A stretch of 64,000 nt of DNA, taken from IMG/VR virus record IMGVR_UViG_3300002143_000235, positions 124,001-188,000 of that record. One strand, 5' to 3'. How positions within the stretch are numbered: the stretch's first letter is position 1; each line of letters begins with the position of its first letter. The position numbers were made by a program, and so were the translations under genes. The notes under the pieces are model-generated. The model worked only from the letters and a program-made list of their open reading frames with translations. It searched no databases and was not told where the DNA came from. Positions 47,178 to 57,982 of this stretch are shown piece after piece.

Positions 47178-49072
47178 TGAAATTAACCGAAATAACATTT
47201 AAAAAACTGTATCAACAAATTGTTTACAACCTTAAACAAATGTATAGTCGTGCGGACAGTGTGTTTACGCTTGCATCACCATTTGGTCAAATTCTTCAAA
47301 CACTTACACAGTTATTTCAATTCACACAATTAAATGTTCAAAATGTTCAACGATCTTTTGATATAAACGATCCTTTAAATGCTAATGAAAAAGCAATTAG
47401 AGCCCTTGCACGCATTGGTCAATATAATCCATCAAGAGGACAAAGTGCATCAGGTAGTATTAATGTAAAACTTAAACAAGGTGTAGATATAGCAGCTGAG
47501 ATTGGTGGCACATCTATTACATTTGCAAATCGTTCCAGATTAAAAAACAGTAAAAATAATTTTGATTATATTGTTGATCTTAACCAAGACACAGCTACAT
47601 TTACATTACACAATGATACAGCAATATCATTACCAATTGTACAGGGAACTTACAAAACAATAACTTTTACTGGAACTGGTGAAAAAAATCAATCTTTTGT
47701 TGTCCCTTCACCAGTGGGAAAAGATATTGATAACTTTAAATTTAAACTGTATGTTGATTCACAGCTTTGGCAAAACAAACGTCATAAATTTGATATGCTA
47801 TCGCTTGAACAGGCTTATGTCACACTTACTTCATTTTCTGGTGGCGTTGATATTATATTTGGTAATGGTAATGAAGGAGCAATTCCACCGCTTGGATCTA
47901 TTATAACTTTTGAATACCTTGTTACAGACGGAGTTGATGGAAATTTACTCGATACTCAATTGAATGAATTTAAATTTATAGACTTCCCATTTAATGAATT
48001 TGGTGATGATATTTCGGCTGATACATTACTTGATGTTTATATTGATACACAGGTAACTTTTGGTAGTGATGGCGATACAACTGATTATTTAAAAAGTATC
48101 ATGCCATACACTAGTGCAAACTTTGTACTTGCAGGACCAGATCAGTATAAATTCTTTTTAAAGCGTTTGGGTGTATTCTCGCTCATTGATGTTTATACAT
48201 CTGACAAGATACCTTCAAATTTACCACAGAAGATGTATGAGCTTGCTAAGGCAAACCAGGACATGTTTAATCAGATGGCAAATACTGATAATAACTCGAC
48301 GCTTAAAACGCTTGTTGAATCGAATCTTAATGAGATTCGTTTAATGCGTAAATTACTTATAACATCAGGTGGTGAGAACCTCATCAACTTGTTCTTAATA
48401 CCAGATATTCGTGTGTTTTACGGACGTTCAAAAGATGCAAATTATTTCAATATTGATTTGAGTGCATTTACACTTGATACAACTGAAAAAAATCGTGTTT
48501 TGAATTATTTATCACAAGAAGGACTTCAAGTGATTACAAATGAAGTGAAGGTTGTTGATCCAGAGATCATTAGATATGCTGTGAATATCACAACACGTCT
48601 TTATGATGATGCAATAGATAATAATGTCATGAATGCAATGGTAAGTGTGATTTCTGATTATTTCATCAACGAGGCAAGACGTGATCGTATCCCAGCATCA
48701 GATCTAGTACGTCTTATGGATGGTATTGACGGTGTAGACTCAGTTACTGTTGAATTTGTCTCAGAAGCTACTGAAACATACCATAAAGAGTTTTTGATGA
48801 AGTCTGAACAATTCTTTTTGACAAACAATACTGTAGCACTAGATACAGACATTATCATGAGTGACGGTAATACCTATGATTCAGAACGTTATATTGGTTT
48901 AGATTCAATTCTTGGCGATATACTGATTGAAAAATATCAATTACCAATTATTCGTGGCGGATTTAGCGATCGATACAATAATGTATATTCCACTGTTCCA
49001 GGACAAACAGCATATTCACCAGTGAATATTATTGTTCTACCACAACGAACAAAACGTAAGAATTTTTCATAA
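47177..49072 (+). CDS. Baseplate wedge subunit (T4 gp6-like)
   Basis: LARIGQYNP, IIFGNGNEGAIP..GS.I..EYLVTDG..GN and SDL...MDGIDGVDSV. Confidence 0.8.
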   Translation: MKLTEITFKKLYQQIVYNLKQMYSRADSVFTLASPFGQILQTLTQLFQFTQLNVQNVQRSFDINDPLNANEKAIRALARIGQYNPSRGQSASGSINVKLKQGVDIAAEIGGTSITFANRSRLKNSKNNFDYIVDLNQDTATFTLHNDTAISLPIVQGTYKTITFTGTGEKNQSFVVPSPVGKDIDNFKFKLYVDSQLWQNKRHKFDMLSLEQAYVTLTSFSGGVDIIFGNGNEGAIPPLGSIITFEYLVTDGVDGNLLDTQLNEFKFIDFPFNEFGDDISADTLLDVYIDTQVTFGSDGDTTDYLKSIMPYTSANFVLAGPDQYKFFLKRLGVFSLIDVYTSDKIPSNLPQKMYELAKANQDMFNQMANTDNNSTLKTLVESNLNEIRLMRKLLITSGGENLINLFLIPDIRVFYGRSKDANYFNIDLSAFTLDTTEKNRVLNYLSQEGLQVITNEVKVVDPEIIRYAVNITTRLYDDAIDNNVMNAMVSVISDYFINEARRDRIPASDLVRLMDGIDGVDSVTVEFVSEATETYHKEFLMKSEQFFLTNNTVALDTDIIMSDGNTYDSERYIGLDSILGDILIEKYQLPIIRGGFSDRYNNVYSTVPGQTAYSPVNIIVLPQRTKRKNFS

Positions 49073-49078
49073 TAAATC

Positions 49079-49345
49079 ATGAGTTTAATAGAAAAAAACA
49101 GTCAGATACCTGATATGTATCTGTCTAGACATAAGCATGATACCGTGAGCGAGGATCATGGATATGATTATTCATCAAATATTTTGAGACGAACGCTATC
49201 ACCAGTACTATATAACAATACTGACACAGCAGATCAGTTGGATAAATTACAGGATATGACAGTGACTATGGTAGAGGAAATTTTACCAGTGCGTAACTTG
49301 TTCCTATTCACACACGATAAATATTATAACAAGCATGGAAGATAA
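49079..49345 (+). CDS. Hypothetical protein
   Basis: ORF in the baseplate block. Confidence 0.65.
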   Translation: MSLIEKNSQIPDMYLSRHKHDTVSEDHGYDYSSNILRRTLSPVLYNNTDTADQLDKLQDMTVTMVEEILPVRNLFLFTHDKYYNKHGR

Positions 49346-49724
49346 TATCCGTCTACACGGCAAGGTTGCCAAATTTCCTAAGAATAGTAAAGCATCTAAG
49401 GCACTAAAGTTTCTTGAACACGTAAGAGTGAATCCAAACAAACTTTGGTACATCCTCATTGAGGATCAGGATACTGAACTTAAAGCTGTAAAATACAACA
49501 GAGCAAAAGGTGTTAACCTCATCGAGTACACACAAAAGTTGAAAGACTATTATCTGAATGAGTACAAACTCAACACTGAATTCTGTGCAAAGCTGAATGA
49601 GATTCAATTGGTGGGAGAAGCAGACTTCTCTATAATCAAAAATATTCCACAACTTGTGCTTGAGAATGGACAAACGCTTATCTCAAAAATTGCGTCAGAC
49701 CTTATTAAATTATTAGAAGACTAA
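49335..49724 (+). CDS. Hypothetical protein
   Basis: Coupled ORF. Confidence 0.7.
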   Translation: MEDNIRLHGKVAKFPKNSKASKALKFLEHVRVNPNKLWYILIEDQDTELKAVKYNRAKGVNLIEYTQKLKDYYLNEYKLNTEFCAKLNEIQLVGEADFSIIKNIPQLVLENGQTLISKIASDLIKLLED

Positions 49725-49729
49725 AATTA

Positions 49730-50143
49730 ATGCAAGAGCTTAAACCCTTAAATTTCTTTTTGGTTCTTTGTAAGACCCGGAAGAAGATTGAAAAATACAT
49801 GAAGGTCAACAAGATCCGAAATAAATATATCATTGATATCAAGAAGATGCTTGAAGAAGAAGATATTATGATCGAAGATATACACAACTCAGATTTACTT
49901 AAAATTCTCATCCTCAAGAAATTCAACCTTGCAAAAGAAAAAGGTAAGGACATCTATTACATTCCGTATTTTGCGCTGCAACAAGATTTAGATAAAGTTT
50001 TTAATATCAAGAAAATTTTAGCTGATACGCATAACTTCAACTTGCTTTATTTCCACGAGGATTTTGAGAAGGACAAACAACCTGAACAGGTATTGAACAG
50101 AGTTGAACAGTTTGACATTACACAACTAATTCAAGATTATTAA
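49730..50143 (+). CDS. Hypothetical protein
   Basis: ORF in an operon. Confidence 0.7.
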   Translation: MQELKPLNFFLVLCKTRKKIEKYMKVNKIRNKYIIDIKKMLEEEDIMIEDIHNSDLLKILILKKFNLAKEKGKDIYYIPYFALQQDLDKVFNIKKILADTHNFNLLYFHEDFEKDKQPEQVLNRVEQFDITQLIQDY

Positions 50144-50273
50144 TTATGTTACCACATTTTCAGGAGGTAATACATCAGCTGCTTTTGTAAACATACATCT
50201 TGTTTTAGTGTATCAAAAGTACACATTATTTTCCAAATATCAAACATTTGCTTGATTTAGTTGTATATCTGGC

Positions 50274-50672
50274 ATGATCGAATACAATATCAAACCTCGA
50301 AATAATGAATACGGCGGAATTCTGGCTGATTTATTTGCATCAATTGATACATTTCAATATGACAGTAATATTGTTTATGATCGATACCACTATTATGATC
50401 GATACCACTATGAGCCTAATAATATTATCACTATCAAGTTTAAAACTGATGATGTGTTTGAAGCATATTTTATGAGTTTACTTGGAGAGGATGGCTTTAT
50501 AAGACAAGACATTGGATTTGATCTTACTGTTACGCGTTTTAATAAATTTGGAATTGCACTCATTCGCATTACATTTATAAATGCACAATTAAGCGATATG
50601 AGTTTTGATTGTGACGAGAATGTGATGAATTTTTGTTGCAACAATATACAAACCGAATACCTTGACATCTAG
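50274..50672 (+). CDS. Hypothetical protein (weak tail-tube-like pattern)
   Basis: AAAC-N18-TATA at 50242-50267. In-frame 18-bp tandem duplication at 50376-50411. Confidence 0.6.
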   Translation: MIEYNIKPRNNEYGGILADLFASIDTFQYDSNIVYDRYHYYDRYHYEPNNIITIKFKTDDVFEAYFMSLLGEDGFIRQDIGFDLTVTRFNKFGIALIRITFINAQLSDMSFDCDENVMNFCCNNIQTEYLDI

Positions 50673-50720
50673 GGCGTAAATAGGTCTTGACAATATATAC
50701 ATGTAAAATGAATAATTTGT

Positions 50721-52382
50721 ATGGACAAGAGTCTCAAATTTTTTTTAGGAATTGACAAAGCTCCAGTCAATCGTGATACAAAGACAAATACTGGTTTGTC
50801 TACACAGACTGTAGAAGGTGATGTGATTATAAATTACTTTGATCCAGCAGATCCAACTCGTACAATTACGCGTACGGAAAAGAAACCATACAAATACGAT
50901 GCGCTTGCATCTGAACAAAATCCAGGTCAATTTATTTCATACCTTGGTAATTCTGCTCAAAATGATGTTCAGCCATTTGCTATTAACCCAGAAAATCAAT
51001 CAGATATAGATTTAGAATCTATTATAATTTGGTCACAACAAAATTATCCAAGTATGGCACTTCATCCAAAACATATTGCATACTTGGATAAATTTAGAAC
51101 AATGCCAGCCAACCGTTTCATTGTATTAAGACGATTCAAAGGTCCTTGTAGACACAATCTTTTTGCTGCTAAAAAATCAAAACCAATGTCAACTATGGTT
51201 GGTTATTACGATTTTGAAAATATGCCAATGAAGATATCATTTAACGAGAAATGGAAACAGTTTGATACAACATTTATGTCTATTATTCAGGATGTTGTAG
51301 GTATTCAATTCGATACTATTCCAGGTGTAGGTGCTCTTTTTTCTAAAGCAGCAACTTCACCACTTGGTCAAGATCTTTTATATCTTGTTGGTCAACGTCT
51401 TGGTTTTATTACTCCAGGAGATATGCCTTATGGTGATCCAAACCTTATTCATGATGCAGCAATGCGTGATGTTTCTGGTGAAACTTTATCAACAGGTCTT
51501 GAATCAGAAATTACTGTAGATTTTGAAACAACTTATGTAATGCGCGAAATTTTAGGTATTGATGGTAAAGCTGCCATGCTTGATATTCTTGCAAATATAA
51601 CAACAATGGCAACAGGTAAAGCGCGTTTTGTATCTGGTAATATTGGGCCACTTAATTCACTTCTTAAGTCACTTGAATCCGGAAGTATTGAGGGTATTGT
51701 TAATTCATTTAAAGAAGCTTTGATGGCTGTTGTAAATAGTTTAAGTGATAAAGAAAAAACTACTAAAGAAGAAGCAGCAAAAGCATCAGATCGATCTCTA
51801 GCACAAAAGGGTGTTGATAACGCATTTTCACCACTCGATCAGTTTCTTGCTCAAGGTAAAGAAGTTGTATCACAAGTTATTCGTAATAGGTATTCAAGAT
51901 ACAAATGGAAATTACGTGGAGCAGTTGGTGCAATGACTGGAGCACCAACTGCTCCTTGGCATATATCTATTGGTAATCCAAAATTTCCATGGTTTGTATG
52001 TGGTAACATGGTATTAGAATCATGTGAACTTATTCCAGAAGGAGAACTTGGATACAACGATATGTTTGATAGATTAACTGTGAAAATAAAACTACGTTCA
52101 GGTCGTGTTATGGGTGGTGAAGAAATTGAAACATTATTTAATGCTGGAACTGGTAGAATTTATGATACACCTGAAAAAGTTATTCAATATGTTGTACCAG
52201 AGGGAACAACAGTTAATGTACCAAATGATGGCGGTGATATTACATTTACACAAGGATCTAAAGAAGATATTACAAATGCACCAGTTACACCTGAATCATT
52301 AAATCAATTACCAGATGGTGCAGCAACAAATTTTTCAATTAACAACGTAACTGAACCAGTTGGTCCACCAATAGCACCATAA
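50721..52382 (+). CDS. Putative baseplate/tail-tube initiator protein
   Basis: PWHISIGNP..P.F.CGNMV...ELGYND...L.V.IKL..GR, directly before the gp53-like gene. Confidence 0.55.
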   Translation: MDKSLKFFLGIDKAPVNRDTKTNTGLSTQTVEGDVIINYFDPADPTRTITRTEKKPYKYDALASEQNPGQFISYLGNSAQNDVQPFAINPENQSDIDLESIIIWSQQNYPSMALHPKHIAYLDKFRTMPANRFIVLRRFKGPCRHNLFAAKKSKPMSTMVGYYDFENMPMKISFNEKWKQFDTTFMSIIQDVVGIQFDTIPGVGALFSKAATSPLGQDLLYLVGQRLGFITPGDMPYGDPNLIHDAAMRDVSGETLSTGLESEITVDFETTYVMREILGIDGKAAMLDILANITTMATGKARFVSGNIGPLNSLLKSLESGSIEGIVNSFKEALMAVVNSLSDKEKTTKEEAAKASDRSLAQKGVDNAFSPLDQFLAQGKEVVSQVIRNRYSRYKWKLRGAVGAMTGAPTAPWHISIGNPKFPWFVCGNMVLESCELIPEGELGYNDMFDRLTVKIKLRSGRVMGGEEIETLFNAGTGRIYDTPEKVIQYVVPEGTTVNVPNDGGDITFTQGSKEDITNAPVTPESLNQLPDGAATNFSINNVTEPVGPPIAP

Positions 52383-52422
52383 TTATATAACATAGAGAAA
52401 TATATTTGAAGGTATATATCAT

Positions 52423-52911
52423 ATGCGTATCAAGAGTTTAGAATCAGCACGTCGTAATACTGACGGAAGTTACAATTTGTACTTTACAGCTACTGTTAAT
52501 GGAGTAAATATTCCTATTCTATCATTTCCATGTATATCACGTCATGATATGCGTCTTGATTTGGTTTGTTATGATATTTATGATAATACCGATAACATTG
52601 ATCTTTTATGTGATTTAAACGGTATCATTAACCCATTTTCTATAAAAAACGGTGATGACATATTATATGTAGAAGAGGAATTTATAGAAACACTTACATC
52701 ATCTGATTCGTATTTATCTAATATACAAGATCAATTAAAAACAGCTAATAAAGGTAAAGTATACAAGACTGATACAGCAAGACAAAAAGACATCGAGCAA
52801 CGTCGTAAACGCGAAAAAGATAAAGTTTACACGTCACCAACTATGCTCGGAGCTGGTGATACAAATCTTCGTTATGAAAATGGTAATCTTATACTCAAAC
52901 CAAACTTTTAA
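52423..52911 (+). CDS. Baseplate wedge protein (gp53/LysM-like)
   Basis: MRLDLVCYDIY....DLLCDLNGIINPFSIKNGDDILY. Confidence 0.75.
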   Translation: MRIKSLESARRNTDGSYNLYFTATVNGVNIPILSFPCISRHDMRLDLVCYDIYDNTDNIDLLCDLNGIINPFSIKNGDDILYVEEEFIETLTSSDSYLSNIQDQLKTANKGKVYKTDTARQKDIEQRRKREKDKVYTSPTMLGAGDTNLRYENGNLILKPNF

Positions 52912-52913
52912 AT

Positions 52914-54269
52914 ATGTTAAAACAAAAGTTTAAACCTAATCGTGAAATTCTTAAAATCAAAGATATTTCAGTTGACATGCAGGGTCTTACACAGGAACAA
53001 AAAACAAGTAAAGAAGAAGCTGTATCATCCACACCTGTTGTATATTATTATAATACAATGCTCCCACCACAAACAATTAAACGTTTGACAATAAGTTCTG
53101 TAGGATTTTTACCAACCATAAGTATGGTATATCTTGACAGTATGAATATTATGCATGATATAGGTTTTCCAGGTGATAATGCAACAATTACAGTTGTACT
53201 TCCAGCTAATCATAAACAGTTGGCAAATATTTACATGGAATTTAAAATACAAACATATGAAGTGGAGTTGAAACGCGGTGAATTTCGTCAACTTATTCTT
53301 ACAGGTGTTTGTAATGTTGATAAAATGTTGATTTCTGAGTATAAATCTTTTCAAGATAATACAAGCTATCAAGTAATGGCACAAATGGCACAAGAAGGTG
53401 GATTAGGATTTCAATCTAATGTTGAATCATCTAATGATAAAATGAATTGGATAAATCCAGGTTTAAAAAATTATGCATTTTTAGAAGATACAGCAAATAA
53501 ATCTTGGGTTGGTGAAGCAGGTTTTATTTGGTCATTTGTCGATTTGTATTATAATTTAAATTACATAGATGTTGAACGTGCTTTATCTCAAGATATCAAT
53601 GAAATTAAATGGTTGCAATCTTTTTTCTCTCAAGGACAAATGGCTACAGATGAACCACCTGAAAATGATGGAGTTATTTTACCGCAATTAACTAATGGTC
53701 ATGCTGTTACTGGTTCTAATACACATTTTACCGGTGAAAAAATAATTAACAATGCAACAAAGATATCGCTTGATCGAGGTTACATTAGGTATGTACATTA
53801 TTACGATATTGATGGTAAATGGGATGATCGAAGTGGTTCGTACAAAAAATACGCATTGGATACAATTACTACACCAGGAACTGAAAATATATCTATTTAT
53901 TTAAAAGGTGAAGCAGGTTCAACAGATTTTTACAATAGTAATACTTCACAACATTATGTAGGACGTTTAGATACAAAAAACATGTATGCTGATTTTCTTT
54001 GGGCAAGTATGCAAAATCAAGAAAATATGCAAGATATACAAAAAATTACTATGCAAATTATTATACCTGTACCAAATTTTAATATTAAACGATTTGAAAA
54101 AGTATTGCTGAAATTTGTAAATAACACTCCAACTGTACAAGGTAATTTAAAAAATGCAAAACTTAACGGTGAGTGGTTAGTCACAGGTTATTATATGGAA
54201 TATAATGGTAGTGCAATGTGGCAAGTTGTAAATTTAATTAAACGTGAGTTAACCTTTGAAGACTTGTAG
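52914..54269 (+). CDS. Baseplate hub protein (gp27-like)
   Basis: Position between gp53-like and gp5-like genes. C-terminal LNGEWLVTG...VNLIKRE. Confidence 0.6.
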   Translation: MLKQKFKPNREILKIKDISVDMQGLTQEQKTSKEEAVSSTPVVYYYNTMLPPQTIKRLTISSVGFLPTISMVYLDSMNIMHDIGFPGDNATITVVLPANHKQLANIYMEFKIQTYEVELKRGEFRQLILTGVCNVDKMLISEYKSFQDNTSYQVMAQMAQEGGLGFQSNVESSNDKMNWINPGLKNYAFLEDTANKSWVGEAGFIWSFVDLYYNLNYIDVERALSQDINEIKWLQSFFSQGQMATDEPPENDGVILPQLTNGHAVTGSNTHFTGEKIINNATKISLDRGYIRYVHYYDIDGKWDDRSGSYKKYALDTITTPGTENISIYLKGEAGSTDFYNSNTSQHYVGRLDTKNMYADFLWASMQNQENMQDIQKITMQIIIPVPNFNIKRFEKVLLKFVNNTPTVQGNLKNAKLNGEWLVTGYYMEYNGSAMWQVVNLIKRELTFEDL

Positions 54270-54332
54270 CATCATTTACAGCATCGTTTATAATAAAATA
54301 TGCTAGAATTATAATGTTTCGATATATAAATT

Positions 54333-55901
54333 ATGGCAGATATTAATCCATCTTACAGGGCTCTCGTTGATGGGAACCAAGACGTTTTCAGATACGGTTT
54401 AGCAACACTAGATCAATCTATATACGAAGATCCAACTTACATTGGTTTCACTATTGAGTTAGATGAGACATCAGCTCTTTTTAATGACGTTTTACCATTT
54501 TTAGAAAAGCATGCTTCTACACGAGCAGAAATGAAAGCCCGTATTCCTGTCTATAATGAATTTATTCGTAGAGTAAAACAAGTATTTAATTCACAAGAAA
54601 GTATTGTCTCACCAAATGATAAAACTGAATTTATTAAACAACATTATATTAATTCTGTTTCAGGTTTAGAGACACTTACAAAAAAAATGATTTTATGGCG
54701 TGAAGATAAGCTTAGTTTTGTAATGCATGAAGATATTGGTCTCTATTCGTCATATCTAGCATATCTATATAATAATTTAGTATACAGTTATGAAAATGGT
54801 CGTGTCATTATTCCAGAGAATTTAGTAAAGTTTAATTGCTACATTAAAATGTCAGAAGTTCGATCATTAACATCAGTTAAAAATTTAATATCAAACAATG
54901 CATCAGAACGGGCTATAGCAAATGCACTTAAAAATAGTGTTACATCAATTATTTACAAATTGTATGACTGTGAATATGATTTTTTTAATTCAAAACCATT
55001 TGAGAATGAAATTTCACAATCTGGAATTGATACACCGCAACCTATACATTCACTAATTTCTTTTGATATGTATTTTAAAAGTGTGAGTCGACAAATTTAT
55101 ACACCACTCATAAATGATTCTGTATCAATGAATGATGATAGAACAGATCTTGATATTATAGTTAATATTACGCCTTCTAATACAAGTATGGATGGTATAC
55201 CTAAAGATCCATCTAAAACTGATATAACAACCGATGGAAATGCACCACAAACTGGAAGTGTTCAATCCGTTTCAGCATTTAAGCAAGAATCATTCATGAA
55301 TGAATCATCTAAAAAACCATCATCTTCAGCAACTTCATCTTTTGAAAAGAAAGGATTGAACGAAGATGATATTCGTGGTCGCGATAAAGCTTTGAATGAA
55401 ATTACATCATACAATGATGAATTTGTTGCTGATAGAAAAGAACAAGAGCAAGCTGCAATTTTACGTGCGGCAGGTCAAGTTGCTGATCAAGATGGTACAG
55501 ATTTGACACTTGAAAATGCTGGAGGAGATGGAGCGCTTCAACAATTATTAAATGATCCACAAGCAGCACTTACGGCTTATGGTGATAAATTAAAAGGTGT
55601 TGGAAAAAATGCACTTCTATCACAACTTAAAGCAGCACGTAAATTAATAGTGAACAGACGAAATGAACTTATTCGTGCTTTTGTATCTGAAGCTGTTCAA
55701 AAAACAGGAATTAAAAAAATTGTGCCAGATAATGTATACAAAGATCAAAATTTCCTTCAAGAAACACTTGATCAAATAGCTGGTTCTGTTGGTAACACTG
55801 TAGCAAATGAAGTTGTAAGCGAACTTACCAACAATAATACCATTCCAGGACTTGATGGTGGTATTGGTAACACATTGAATAATTTTATTCAAGGATTATA
55901 A
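54333..55901 (+). CDS. Putative tail/baseplate structural protein
   Basis: YEDPTYIGF and YINSVSGL, located in the baseplate block. Confidence 0.5.
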   Translation: MADINPSYRALVDGNQDVFRYGLATLDQSIYEDPTYIGFTIELDETSALFNDVLPFLEKHASTRAEMKARIPVYNEFIRRVKQVFNSQESIVSPNDKTEFIKQHYINSVSGLETLTKKMILWREDKLSFVMHEDIGLYSSYLAYLYNNLVYSYENGRVIIPENLVKFNCYIKMSEVRSLTSVKNLISNNASERAIANALKNSVTSIIYKLYDCEYDFFNSKPFENEISQSGIDTPQPIHSLISFDMYFKSVSRQIYTPLINDSVSMNDDRTDLDIIVNITPSNTSMDGIPKDPSKTDITTDGNAPQTGSVQSVSAFKQESFMNESSKKPSSSATSSFEKKGLNEDDIRGRDKALNEITSYNDEFVADRKEQEQAAILRAAGQVADQDGTDLTLENAGGDGALQQLLNDPQAALTAYGDKLKGVGKNALLSQLKAARKLIVNRRNELIRAFVSEAVQKTGIKKIVPDNVYKDQNFLQETLDQIAGSVGNTVANEVVSELTNNNTIPGLDGGIGNTLNNFIQGL

Positions 55902-55916
55902 AACATTGAATCATAT

Positions 55917-57734
55917 ATGAATGACTACGAATTAAAACTCAAAAACCATGAGTTTATTGGAATTGTCGAGGACACAAATGATCCAGACAAAAAACAACGT
56001 GTACGTATACGTATACCATATTTACATGGTACAAAAAAAGAAATACCAACTGATGCACTTCCATGGGCACATCCAAAGCGTAGTAATAATGGTTTTTCAT
56101 TTTCTATACCAGAAGTCAACAAAATTGTGATGGTCACATTTCCAAGTGGTAATGCATATTTTCCTGTTTATAATGATGCTGTTCATTTAAATATCAATCT
56201 TCAGAAGAAAATTGAATCATATAACGGTGATGATTATGCGTCATTTATGGCTATATGTTACAACTACAATACACAAATTTTTGTTGATAATGAAGCACTA
56301 AACATGTATTATAAGTTAAACGGTATTAAAGTAACAAATGATACAGTATTACTTGATTTAAAAGATAATGAATCAATGATAAAATTGGGTGATATATCTG
56401 CCTCACAAGAAGCTGTACTCGGTACTAATTTTTTCAAATGGATGGATGAACTTGTTAAAGTATTAAGTAATGCATACATTGGTAATAGTGGAGTTGCTGT
56501 AATTCCAAATCCAGATCTTATACGTGTATTATCAAATTATGGTACACAACGTAAAGATTTCATTTCTAAACATATATCACTTGTAGAAAATAGAGGTGTA
56601 ACTGTTGAACAAACTGATATTGATGCAACTATTGGTGATAAGTATGAATTAGTTGCTGAATCAGGCGTACTTGATGTGAAACAAGCAGATTTGACAACCA
56701 TTGATACGCAAACACGACAATTAGATTTTGAACCAACACCACCAAATATAAATAAAAAAGCTGTTGAAACAGCTGATTTTGAACCATTGTTATCCGGTGA
56801 TCAATCAGCATCTGGAGAATTTTATGAAGTAAAAACTCCAACAGATATTAATGATCAAAATGCTGTTGATGAGGTAAATGATATTTATGGATCAGAAGAA
56901 CCGGTAAAAGTATTTGATAATGGTTCTTCTGATATTTATTTTGGAGAGGGCGATGACGTATTGTTTGATGATACTTATCTAACAGAAGCCGCAGCAGCAA
57001 ATCCAATAAATTATGGTAGTGGCTCTATTGGTGGTTCTAATCCGACAATTCTTTCACCAGTTGTTTTTGATCCACCACTTCCAAATCCAGCAACTGGAAA
57101 TCAGAAGAATGATGTTAACCGAATGAAAAAATATTTTAAATCAAAAAGTTATCAATATTCTAATTTACCGTTTCATATGAATATTGTAGGTATTCGTAAT
57201 ACACAAAAAGAAAGTGGACAAATTACAAATCAATTTGATGATTACATGTGGGTATTTTGTAATGATGATAAAGGTGGATTAGAATTTTATAAATTTGCAA
57301 TAACTACAACACCAGGTTTTGAACCCGGTACAAATCATTTACCATCTGATCCAGTTGGAATGGTTACATATGGTCAATATCCAACTTATCGTTTACATTT
57401 TCACAATCAAGATACATACGGTACAAGTAGACCATGTTTAGGACAATCTGAAAATTCATACATTAGACATGCGGCTAATGCTAATAGATATTATACACCA
57501 AGTGAATATGTTGGTACTGAAAAATATGGTGGTCGTGGATTTAATATTCATAATTCTACAATGTCAGGAAGTGCAACAAGTGTGAACAACTGGTCAAAAG
57601 GTTGTCAAGTTTTTAAAAATGCTGATGATTGGCGTAAATTTATGTCTTTGTGTTATAGACAGAGAGATAAAGCAAAAATTGATAATTATACCTATACACT
57701 TATTTCACAAAAAGAATTTTCAAAATTCAAATAA
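55917..57734 (+). CDS. Baseplate spike (gp5-like OB-fold) with C-terminal His/Cys peptidase-like domain
   Basis: GIVEDTNDP....RVRIRIPYLHG...LPWA (gp5 OB-fold). C-terminus NIVGIRN..N.FDD, TT.PG and GFNIH...NWSKGCQV. Confidence 0.8.
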   Translation: MNDYELKLKNHEFIGIVEDTNDPDKKQRVRIRIPYLHGTKKEIPTDALPWAHPKRSNNGFSFSIPEVNKIVMVTFPSGNAYFPVYNDAVHLNINLQKKIESYNGDDYASFMAICYNYNTQIFVDNEALNMYYKLNGIKVTNDTVLLDLKDNESMIKLGDISASQEAVLGTNFFKWMDELVKVLSNAYIGNSGVAVIPNPDLIRVLSNYGTQRKDFISKHISLVENRGVTVEQTDIDATIGDKYELVAESGVLDVKQADLTTIDTQTRQLDFEPTPPNINKKAVETADFEPLLSGDQSASGEFYEVKTPTDINDQNAVDEVNDIYGSEEPVKVFDNGSSDIYFGEGDDVLFDDTYLTEAAAANPINYGSGSIGGSNPTILSPVVFDPPLPNPATGNQKNDVNRMKKYFKSKSYQYSNLPFHMNIVGIRNTQKESGQITNQFDDYMWVFCNDDKGGLEFYKFAITTTPGFEPGTNHLPSDPVGMVTYGQYPTYRLHFHNQDTYGTSRPCLGQSENSYIRHAANANRYYTPSEYVGTEKYGGRGFNIHNSTMSGSATSVNNWSKGCQVFKNADDWRKFMSLCYRQRDKAKIDNYTYTLISQKEFSKFK

Positions 57735-57772
57735 ATATTTAAACAATAATATACAATTTAACTATACAATGT

Positions 57773-57982
57773 ATGAGTAATAGTATTGCGGAGTGGAGTC
57801 ATGTCTTCACATTAATGATGGGTAAAGAATGGACAAATACATGGACCATTGATACACCGAATTTATATGATTTTCAGAAAGCTGAGATTATTGATGAGCT
57901 ATTTGAAAATTGCACACTTCAAGAACTTCAAAATTTGCTTGATATAGCAAAACAACGTAAAATAAGTGAAATAATAAAATGA
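57773..57982 (+). CDS. Small hypothetical protein
   Basis: AAAC-N18-TATA at 57741-57766. Confidence 0.6.
   Translation: MSNSIAEWSHVFTLMMGKEWTNTWTIDTPNLYDFQKAEIIDELFENCTLQELQNLLDIAKQRKISEIIK

Noticed and set aside
50376-50411. 18-bp in-frame tandem duplication (YDRYHY x2), and a similar 12-bp duplication near 40081
   Set aside because: Most simply explained as replication slippage, with no evidence of function.
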